Assembly (NCBI GenBank): GCA_044892505.1
Contig: CM097882.1
Coordinates: 477,214,001-477,278,000 of the forward strand
Reading direction: 5' to 3'
Length of the DNA stretch: 64,000 bases
From: Schmidtea nova
Taxonomy: Eukaryota
The position numbers and the translations under genes were made by a program. The notes under the pieces were generated by a model, which did no database searches, was not told the origin of the DNA, and saw nothing but the letters and a program-made list of their open reading frames with translations. This document shows, one piece after another, positions 12,501-20,187 of this stretch (position 1 is the stretch's first letter; every line of letters starts with the position of its first letter).

Positions 12501-12662
12501 GTTTACAAAAAGAAAGCAGCACAAGGATTGTTTAGAACACTCGTACGCCAGATAGTAGCACATAATGGTTCAAAAGTCACCCAAGAAGACATAAAAGTCA
12601 TATTAACCGACGAACTAGATGAGAACATCAGAGTGTCGTCGAAACGCAAGCTGCCGGAATAA
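9552..12662 (+). CDS. 1036-aa polyprotein: helical N-terminus, ubiquitin-like domain, retropepsin-type aspartic protease, ~5 ankyrin repeats, acidic linker, internal signal-like segment, FN3-like domain
   Basis: Protease VNGVKVDAMIDTGANISAI...IIGTDL (DTG at 10608). Ankyrin TPLMVAI/TVLSYAV/NPLVNAV (aa ~578-752). Ubl-like FHLKYDGESLDDD (aa ~238-303). IILLILMLSALKGTEA followed by INGLKRETKYKICVY. Confidence 0.85.
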   Translation: MEENQKVTSANSEDNLLKEEQKITSSNVEDNLQEEEKEVITMKMQLQQNIEGKVNEMITELSDVEIERKGNVYEFSVKDMEGEEKKKFVEKYNRKRRERRSNDDTCSMDEKWDESTTIKLEEVAQRLLTITMEEMTKMDQKSEEKIKSAKLERSRQTETSKTERLISNLIKNAGNQCETTTELLKWVIKNSAIISNMRLIVKEIEKCRRLCPWYSTQFDDIMRKWKQLEQTNDDPQMCRLKIQFPNLEEIKMNVSLTTKIKEIKERLPFNLPFHLKYDGESLDDDIEIGVTPIQIKTSNKLTVDKIAGSELTRKARGEDNPEITIIAMMKTPAGPTLTINIEVNGVKVDAMIDTGANISAIDIDMIPEMLRLCIEKTSVDVITCSKESVNIVGKIWTDIEYRKVKISTYLTVIKQLGASCIIGTDLIPKLLKGSVIDLNTMKLKHLIEENGTRETMIEQSNPETTRKGQVYMFRENKNDDWLHRILTASRKVNQPTTISEQPKIVDDVKMEHRKKMELIIEITKEIMPEWSQSKNLFEILGGVSLMVEEYAKGNETTEAMNTIKERLPILFTIASFKDEIPLYHAIKSGNEQRMFEIIKLMEKCKQHTNTKNWKDQTPLMVAIEKGGSKKLIAELMRTGSSFKERDDKNETVLSYAVQANNHQIIKYIMSNATEEDIEVLSSDPNPLVNAVNKDADETTAKMIKWLHPVTHEGVINVNDRFEDGENMIMKRAMKRKWKMCKTIKALLQRPDFRFTNNKKEKERIGAKRHELYQQVIIWKENIKESRIHRSWNNAKDEITKRANIKAEADEIAKRYEEIIKLINVEDDILNRTEGGSNDHNESDDEGEENNNNKTKKDDNESINRNNDKDEKDDGKSNNDEIGNKSDEPKQETSNYEKRTACLHKTRIKDIILLILMLSALKGTEADDKRKPVQVLTQGADNEEACWSSINLQSKGDNPVKCQRAEGGEIRINGLKRETKYKICVYKKKAAQGLFRTLVRQIVAHNGSKVTQEDIKVILTDELDENIRVSSKRKLPE

Positions 12663-12856
12663 CAAGGAAAAGGATCTGTGTAAATATTGTATAAAAGTAT
12701 ATTGTAATAAAAGTAGTATGAAAATTGTGTAAATACTGTACAAATAATATGTTAACGAAAAAAATGGTTTAAAACGTAAAATTAATTGATGATGAAAAAA
12801 CAACAACTATACCCTGTCATAGAAATATTATTCCTTTCTAGAAGCTCTAATCAACA

Positions 12857-14305
12857 ATGAAAAAACTAGCCAGTATAATTGTCCTATGCTCCGTATTCAA
12901 CACCTTATCAAGAAACAATGCAGAAGAATACTTTTTCAGCACAACAACAGCTAATCAGATTGCCTATAAAACAATTGAAAAGAGACCTAAAAACTCCTAT
13001 GAAAACATTCAATTACATGTCCTATTGACAAGCTTATCCGGAACATTGCTATATTTAACAAACGACGATGGTAATCAATTAATTTTAACCCTCTATAATG
13101 AAATCAGTGAAAGAATGAAGATAGAATACAAAGAGCTTGATTATGTTGTAGAACTTTGCGAGTTATGCCAAGATCAAAGCACCAGCGAATGTGAATTGTA
13201 CAAATATCGATCAATCAAAGTAAATATCAAGATTGCAGATAAACTCGCTGTCAAATGTAACCAAGGCAAGGAAACATTCTTTGAGTATGGAGAAAAACAA
13301 ATTACTAAAACTGATTACCCAACGATAAAGGAAATTGACAAAACAACAACACTTATCTACGTCATGAACACACCTCAACATGACAAAGGATACCCCAATC
13401 CTGAACAATTACAAGGTTGTGTGTATAAAGTGGAATACAATAATAAAACGCTGAAAATGGAAAGGAGCAGTGAAGAGATAAAAAACGAATGTCGAAAAAT
13501 ATGTACAGACAATATCTGTAATGAAGGTAAATGTTATGAAACATTTTCCGAGAAACCTATCTGTAATTGTAAATTTACCCCAAAAAACGGTCGGTACTGT
13601 AACACCAGCAGCATTAGCCGGAAATACCGAAGAATCAACGCACAAAAGCAAACACTTTGGATAGATTATGTAAAGTTATTAATAAATAACAACTCGAAGG
13701 AGCTAATTTTTGAAATGGAGAACAAAGAATCCAGATTGTACATACGGAGAGAAAGAGCATCAATTACAGTCAAATATGAAAACAAGAAAGACTGGTATAT
13801 AGAAGGCTTTTTGGCCAACCAGGTTGATGAAGTCAAACTGATAATAATAGGCATGAAGTTCACGGAGAAAGGAATCCATTTCCATATTATCAATCAGAAA
13901 ACCGAAATCTCAAGAGAAATGCCTGTTTTAGAAAAGATGAATGAAATACCTTGGAAACTTATAACGATTGCAGATAGTGTAGAAATGATATATAAGATAC
14001 ACCATTCACGGTACGATTGGTGCAGTACTGACATGGACGAAATTAGGAATAATGACAGAACATGTGCGGAAATTGAAGTAGTTCCTCCAACGAACGAAGC
14101 GAGAAGCCTAACAATGAAAAAGTTACCAATGGAGACAAATTATAAGATCAGTCGTCAAACATTCGTCAGTACATTAGTAATAGAAATTATAATCCTAGTC
14201 ACCGGAACTATTGGAATTTTTGTCCTCGTATACAAGAGAGCAAAACGGAAACTCGAACAACGAGTAAATATGATTTTGGAACAAGTTCATATGACCCCAG
14301 TATAA
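12857..14305 (+). CDS. 482-aa type I membrane protein: signal peptide, LamG-like, EGF, second LamG-like, TM, tail ending MTPV (neurexin/Caspr-like layout)
   Basis: N-terminal hydrophobic MKKLASIIVLCSVF; LTSLSGTLLYL and LQGCVYKVEYN LamG-type motifs; EGF CTDNICNEGKCYETFSEKPICNCKFTPKNGRYC; TM TLVIEIIILVTGTIGIFVLVY followed by KRAKRK. Confidence 0.75.
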   Translation: MKKLASIIVLCSVFNTLSRNNAEEYFFSTTTANQIAYKTIEKRPKNSYENIQLHVLLTSLSGTLLYLTNDDGNQLILTLYNEISERMKIEYKELDYVVELCELCQDQSTSECELYKYRSIKVNIKIADKLAVKCNQGKETFFEYGEKQITKTDYPTIKEIDKTTTLIYVMNTPQHDKGYPNPEQLQGCVYKVEYNNKTLKMERSSEEIKNECRKICTDNICNEGKCYETFSEKPICNCKFTPKNGRYCNTSSISRKYRRINAQKQTLWIDYVKLLINNNSKELIFEMENKESRLYIRRERASITVKYENKKDWYIEGFLANQVDEVKLIIIGMKFTEKGIHFHIINQKTEISREMPVLEKMNEIPWKLITIADSVEMIYKIHHSRYDWCSTDMDEIRNNDRTCAEIEVVPPTNEARSLTMKKLPMETNYKISRQTFVSTLVIEIIILVTGTIGIFVLVYKRAKRKLEQRVNMILEQVHMTPV

Positions 14306-14454
14306 ATAAAGAGGAACAGTGTATATAGTGTATAAAATTATATTGTATTATAAAAGTAGAATATATTTGTATAATAAAAATTTAAAAATCCAAAAAAATG
14401 AATACCTCAAAACTGGGAAAAACAAATGATAATATTGTGTAATTATTGACAGAA

Positions 14455-14904
14455 ATGAATTCGAACAACGAGAATCAAAGTTATCAAACATCAGTTCCAA
14501 CGTTCAATGAACCATCAAATCAAACTCAGTTTCCAGAAGATACCAATATACGAGAAAGAGAAAGGTCACTGCAAACCCCAGTAATCGAAAATGAAACGCA
14601 AAATCCAACAATTGACGATAGAAACCTGATATACCAAGTCGAAATTCCACTATTTGATGAAACCATGAACCCAATTCAAACGACATTCGTATTAAATCAA
14701 CAACCAACAAATAGCCAGACTCAATCAATATCAGCTCCGATGGTTTATCAGCAGACAATGACGCAAGAGTTATCATGGAAAACGCAATGTGAATTATTAA
14801 GCAGGATGTTGAATCAAGCCTATGCACAATGGAAAAATGAACAAGCTTTGTTAACAGAAAGTGTAAACAGAAATTTATTATATCTCCGTTATGCCGATCA
14901 ATAA
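14455..14904 (+). CDS. 149-aa Q/N/T/P-rich protein with C-terminal helix, unknown function
   Basis: Open frame; first ATG at 14455 lies 2 nt after a CAG acceptor (the track's TTG start at 14446 lies upstream of the acceptor). Confidence 0.7.
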   Translation: MNSNNENQSYQTSVPTFNEPSNQTQFPEDTNIRERERSLQTPVIENETQNPTIDDRNLIYQVEIPLFDETMNPIQTTFVLNQQPTNSQTQSISAPMVYQQTMTQELSWKTQCELLSRMLNQAYAQWKNEQALLTESVNRNLLYLRYADQ

Positions 14905-15038
14905 TCCAAATAAACAACTTTGTAAATAAAGTGTAAAAATTTTAATTTCAATCGATGTATACAAGTATTATTTAATAAGCATGAGCAACAAAAAATGTAT
15001 AAACAAAAGGAAATTACCCATGTTATTATTATTTCAGA

Positions 15039-16586
15039 ATGAATATACAACAATTGATAGACATCCTAGATCAGGAGATGGCAAAAAGACAAGAGCAATT
15101 AGATCAAATGAGAAGCTGTGAACAAAGAATGGAAGCCATCCAAGAGAACGTTAAAATGATTGAAAAACGAACCCAAGAGATCAACAAAATAAAAGAAGAA
15201 AACGAGGAACTGCGAAAGATAATAAACGACAAGGCGCATATCGAAGCTGAATTAGACAATTATAAACGAGAGTACCGAGAAATGGAGAGAAAACTCGAGC
15301 ACGAACAACGAAAGTCGGTACCGTTGAAAAATCAAGCGAGATTAAGAAAAGACGAGCTCGAAACCTATAAAAGAGATACCGAAACAAGGTATGACAACTC
15401 CATAAGATTCTATCAGCAGCAACTCGAAAGTGAAAGAAATAGATATGAAGCCATGAAAAAGAAATGGGAAAAGTGTCGAGATGAAGCATTTGCTTTGAGA
15501 GGACAACCTCAAAAGAAGCTTAAAGTCAGAACAAGAAACATTGAACCTGAAAGCGAACAAGAAAAGATCATTAGAAAAGTTAAAGCAGAGGCTAGGAAAT
15601 GGAAACAAGAACACCAAGATTTATTGGAAATGGCTCGACACAGGAAAATGCTACAGGAAGAATTACTAAGACGGAGAGACGTTCAAATCGAGGCTCTGAA
15701 AGAGGAATGTCATTGGTATGCAGACATACGTCATGAGGAAACGGAGAAACTCAGAAAAGAAATATTCCAGTTGAAAACGAGCGGACAGTTCAGAGTAAGA
15801 AGCATAAAGCATCAAATAAAGTGGCTAATAGAACAAGCCAGAACATGGAAAAAGACCTGGAAAAGAACTCGAGACGAACTACGAGAATTCCCAAAGAAGC
15901 TGATGTCAATAAATGAAGCAGAATTGTGGGAAAATGCAGAAAAGCAAGAGATAGAAAACAAAGAATTAAAACGACAAGTTCAATTAAAAACTGAATGGAA
16001 TCAAAGGAGAATGAAATTTACCAGGAATCAAGAAGCTCGTATCAAATATCTGGAATTTGAAAACAGGCAATATGATCAACAGAAAAATATGGACGATAGA
16101 AGTATTGAAGAATTGACAATCGAATTGACTATTGCAAACCGTGAAGTCAACGGATATCGAGGAACAAATACTCATAAAGATATTGTCATTCAACACCAGC
16201 GACGGCAGATAGAAGAAACAAAGGCCGAATGTGAGAAAGCGATCCAGCAATCGCAGTATGAGATTGAGATGGCAATCCAAAGTTTGGAAGAAAACCGCCA
16301 AAACTATGAAAGAGAGATTGAAAGGTTAAAATATATGGAAAATACGAGAGAGCTCGAGATAGAAAAGGAACAGCTGAGTGAAGAACTCGATTATATGACA
16401 TATTTGCTAGATGAAGAGATAGAAATCTCAAGAACCTTGCGAGAAAGAGTTCAGAGCCTACAAAATCAACCTCCAATCATTCTATGGCCACTATATCCAA
16501 CACCAATACAACCTGTACATTTGGAGCAAGAAAATCCTCAAATCGAAGATGAAGGGTTCGGAGAAATTGAAGAGACGTTTGTATAA
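15039..16586 (+). CDS. 515-aa long coiled-coil protein, Pro-rich C-terminus
   Basis: Long E/K/R/Q-rich heptad ORF; TTTCAG acceptor 1 nt before ATG. Confidence 0.8.
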   Translation: MNIQQLIDILDQEMAKRQEQLDQMRSCEQRMEAIQENVKMIEKRTQEINKIKEENEELRKIINDKAHIEAELDNYKREYREMERKLEHEQRKSVPLKNQARLRKDELETYKRDTETRYDNSIRFYQQQLESERNRYEAMKKKWEKCRDEAFALRGQPQKKLKVRTRNIEPESEQEKIIRKVKAEARKWKQEHQDLLEMARHRKMLQEELLRRRDVQIEALKEECHWYADIRHEETEKLRKEIFQLKTSGQFRVRSIKHQIKWLIEQARTWKKTWKRTRDELREFPKKLMSINEAELWENAEKQEIENKELKRQVQLKTEWNQRRMKFTRNQEARIKYLEFENRQYDQQKNMDDRSIEELTIELTIANREVNGYRGTNTHKDIVIQHQRRQIEETKAECEKAIQQSQYEIEMAIQSLEENRQNYEREIERLKYMENTRELEIEKEQLSEELDYMTYLLDEEIEISRTLRERVQSLQNQPPIILWPLYPTPIQPVHLEQENPQIEDEGFGEIEETFV

Positions 16587-16685
16587 ATAATAAAAGTGAA
16601 TGTAAAGTGTAAAAATAAATTGAAATGTAGTGTAAAAAGAAAACGTTGTAAACAAATGTAAAAAGAAAAAGTTGTAAAATATATC

Positions 16686-16716
<31 letters not shown>

Positions 16717-16868
16717 ATAAAAAGCAGAAAAAATAAAAAATCCAATAAAAATCAGAAAAAATGAAAAACAAATAAAAATTAGGTGATAAAAATGATAAAA
16801 ATGATAAAAACAAAAACAAAATTTAATAAAACTGTAGAAAAGAGTTATGAAAATTCAAATTATAGAGA

Positions 16869-17444
16869 ATGAGACTATTGAAGCAAAGATCAGAACCAGA
16901 ACAACAAACGATATCAAAAGAAAGATTCAAAAAACGGAAAAGAGCAACAGAACAATATTATCAAGACCAAATAGAGCAATTGAAGGAAGTAGTGAGCAAA
17001 GATAGAAAATATATCGCGCAAATGGAGCAAGAGTGCGAGACGATGGAAATAATCAAGCGCGAAAATTATCTATTTCGCCAACAAAATGGTCTTACCCAAA
17101 AATATTGCTACAGACAGAAGCAAGAGATTGACAGACTCAAAAGGGAAATAAGCAGTGAACAGAACACTGATAATAAAAGGAGGATTAAGATCGAGTCATT
17201 ACAACGATCATTGAAGAACAAACAGAAAAAGATTATAAAAAGAGAGAAACAGATAATAAAGTTGAAAAGTGAAATCATAGAAGCAAAATTCGATACGTTC
17301 AAAGCAAAGAAAGTTGTAGAAATTAAAACGGCAGAAAACTACGTCCTCAAAGAGAAAAGGCGAAAAGAAGCAGACGAGATTGCAAAAATGGGTAACTGGA
17401 AGCCAGAAAGTCCGTTAAAGCTAAATGAAGAGACGAAAGAATAA
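16869..17444 (+). CDS. 191-aa basic coiled-coil protein
   Basis: K/R/E/Q-rich ORF preceded by TATAG acceptor; AATAAA overlaps the stop. Confidence 0.75.
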   Translation: MRLLKQRSEPEQQTISKERFKKRKRATEQYYQDQIEQLKEVVSKDRKYIAQMEQECETMEIIKRENYLFRQQNGLTQKYCYRQKQEIDRLKREISSEQNTDNKRRIKIESLQRSLKNKQKKIIKREKQIIKLKSEIIEAKFDTFKAKKVVEIKTAENYVLKEKRRKEADEIAKMGNWKPESPLKLNEETKE

Positions 17445-17539
17445 AATATATCTAAACTCATGTAAATATCCCTGTAAAAATATCAAAGAGAAAATTTGAC
17501 AAATCATTAAACAAATTTGAATCTATAAATCTATAGAAA

Positions 17540-18364
17540 ATGAGCAATCTAATGAGGATCACAACAACCATCATGATATTTATGATTACAAACTGCCGAA
17601 GCGAAGAAGCATTGAGTCAATGTCAAGCAAGCCATCCATTTAGAAGATCCGATAGCATTTGTGCAAGCTATCAAGAAATGTGTATCACCAGAAATGAGGA
17701 GTGTCAACAGATCCAACTGCAATGTCAACAATGTCCAAAATCCAGAGAAGATTCAATCACTATTCTTAAACAGCTAAAAAACGAAACCCAACAATTAATC
17801 CAACTACAAATCTCCTTAACCCAAAGGAACAATCTTCAACTAAAGAAACAGCTCGAAAATCAATCATCTTTCAAACAGTTAACAACCGAACTAAAGAAAT
17901 TGAGCAAGTTAATAGAAAAATCTTTAAATAATAAAGATGAAGTTAATGAGGAACGATCAAGTTTTACAGAAGAGTTAAATCAAAAACTGAAAAGTCAACT
18001 TCATCAGACCGAGAGAATCATAAAACAATTGATATTACCCGAAAAGCAAAAGGAGATTATCCCTAAACAAGGATCAACCAACGAAGACGTCAGAGACCGA
18101 GAAGCAGCCATCACAGTCGTCCTACAAGGCATCAGTCTTTTCGCGGTCATAATGATCCTTAGCATTGTTGCATCAATCGGATTAGAAAAAATGAAATTAG
18201 AGAAAGCAAAAATCCAGTTGAATACAATCAAAAGAATCACCCATGAAGACAACAACCCGTCAGAAAATTTTCTAAGATCAATATTCGAAGATCCAGTTCC
18301 AGAACAGCCTAATCCTGAGACATCTACAACCTCGGTGCAGATGAATTACTTCTATAAACAATAA
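17540..18364 (+). CDS. 274-aa type I membrane protein: signal peptide, Cys-rich head, coiled-coil stalk, TM, tail
   Basis: MRITTTIMIFMITNC signal; six Cys in the head after the signal; Leu heptads; TM AITVVLQGISLFAVIMILSIVASIGL. Confidence 0.8.
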   Translation: MSNLMRITTTIMIFMITNCRSEEALSQCQASHPFRRSDSICASYQEMCITRNEECQQIQLQCQQCPKSREDSITILKQLKNETQQLIQLQISLTQRNNLQLKKQLENQSSFKQLTTELKKLSKLIEKSLNNKDEVNEERSSFTEELNQKLKSQLHQTERIIKQLILPEKQKEIIPKQGSTNEDVRDREAAITVVLQGISLFAVIMILSIVASIGLEKMKLEKAKIQLNTIKRITHEDNNPSENFLRSIFEDPVPEQPNPETSTTSVQMNYFYKQ

Positions 18365-18566
18365 TACGATTCTATTCCCTTTTGACAATTCATGTATTTT
18401 CTTCCATTCATTTAACCTATCTATCTATTTGTATTCTCATCTTTAACAATATTTCATCATCATTTAAATCATAACCCTGTGTAAAAATCGTAACACCCTT
18501 GTAAATAGCAAAAATTGTTTATCGTCATTATTCAATTTCTTTCTATTAGAAACACAAAAATCAACA

Positions 18567-19361
18567 ATGAAATCGTACCGAGAAGTTTTTCTAATCGCCA
18601 TGATCACAACAATTTATTGTCATCTCGAAGAAACCCAGAAATCAAGCCAATTAAACCCAAATCAACCAGATAATAAAGAACCATTTGAAATCTCTAACAA
18701 CAAACAACTATCCGAAAAGATTGAGCAAGCCAAAATCGAAATTCAAAATACCCTTTTCGATCAAAATGATGAAATTTCAGGTCTAAAAAGAATAGCAAGG
18801 ATAATATTAGCCGATTTAGCGATCAGAGATACATTCGAGGATATCTTTGATAATGATCGAGAAACCCGTGACGTAATAAAAAGTCTCACCAAAGAACTTA
18901 AAACGAATATAGGCAAGTTAATCGATCAGCTAACGATAAATTCATCAAGTCCGAAATGTCTGAAACAAATCCAGAAAATTCATCATAACCTGTCCCAGCA
19001 GATTTCCGAAGTAGGAAACCAAACGGCACAACAACTAAGAAAGGCTTATTTCGAAAGCCTGACATTTAAGAATAAAATCCACAATCACATAAACGAGATA
19101 TCGAAACCGGATAACAATCAAGGCAGAGACAAGTGCAGAGCACCCCTCCTATCATCCAAACGAATTCTCGATATCTGCCTGATCATCCTTAACTTTTTCC
19201 TAATAATCGGAATTTGTGGTATAATACGGTTAGGCTTGACCGCCACAAGAACGATGAACAACATGACCTCCAAACAATCCCGAAGAGAAGATGACAAGAA
19301 ACAGTTGATCGATACCGAGTCATTCAAACTATTCCAGTCGAAGATCCAACCAATTCAATAA
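18567..19361 (+). CDS. 264-aa type I membrane protein: signal peptide, helical ectodomain, TM, tail
   Basis: VFLIAMITTIYC signal; TM ILDICLIILNFFLIIGICGIIRLGL; size and topology parallel the preceding ORF. Confidence 0.8.
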   Translation: MKSYREVFLIAMITTIYCHLEETQKSSQLNPNQPDNKEPFEISNNKQLSEKIEQAKIEIQNTLFDQNDEISGLKRIARIILADLAIRDTFEDIFDNDRETRDVIKSLTKELKTNIGKLIDQLTINSSSPKCLKQIQKIHHNLSQQISEVGNQTAQQLRKAYFESLTFKNKIHNHINEISKPDNNQGRDKCRAPLLSSKRILDICLIILNFFLIIGICGIIRLGLTATRTMNNMTSKQSRREDDKKQLIDTESFKLFQSKIQPIQ

Positions 19362-20187
19362 TAAATTTGATAATTCAACAAACTTAATAAAACTTTTATC
19401 CGAGTCGTTGTAGACTCATATTGAACTTTGATTAGCCGCTGTAGGCACATATATTACATTTAATTTTGCTTGCGAGTCGATGCAGACTCATATTAATGTA
19501 TACGTATTAACTTTTTATTAATTTTTATCACTTTTTATTTTTTATTGTCGCGAACGGCATGATCACGACCAAGTAGCTCGTGTATAATGTACAACCTTTT
19601 GACCTTTGATTAGTCTTGGTTCTTAACCCCTCTGAGAAATTGCGGGACGCAATTTTTGCGGGCCCCCGAGTATTTTATGTTGGGCCAAAACCCAATTTGT
19701 TTTAATAAAACGATAACCCCATAGGTAGAGAACGCGCAAGATTCCATTTTTAACCTTAGCTTCCATTGAAAATCCAACAATTAAGTGGAAAACACCAAAA
19801 GGTGAAGATGAATCAAAACACAGCAACCGGTAGAATGCGCGCTAACTGCGAATTTATAAATATTTTCACTGAAATCTCGAGAAAAATTAAAAGCAGAATG
19901 TTTGGAAGCTAGAATAGGCAAAAAACCCATGGAAAGTGCCCATAAAGAACAGAATTTTGTCATAAAATCTTCAGTACAGAAAAATTAACAAAATTTTAGA
20001 AGAAAATTGTGAATTTATCACAAAATTTCACATTTAACAATAGAAAGAATTAATATGGATCGAATATCATAAATTAAATCAAATCGAACAAATTTCGATT
20101 CAAACATGAGAATTTTGAATTAAAATAAATTATTTATAGTTTATAAAAAATTATTATACAAAAATATGGAATTAATTTTCGGAAAAT

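Noticed and set aside
12655-12860. Readthrough or frameshift fusing ORF1 to the LamG ORF
   Set aside because: A second in-frame stop follows within 7 codons, the frames differ, and ORF2 has its own acceptor and signal peptide.
9563-19327. Numerous 60-130 aa antisense or overlapping ORFs within the cargo genes
   Set aside because: Shadow frames of A-rich coding strands, with no motifs and no acceptor/ATG context.
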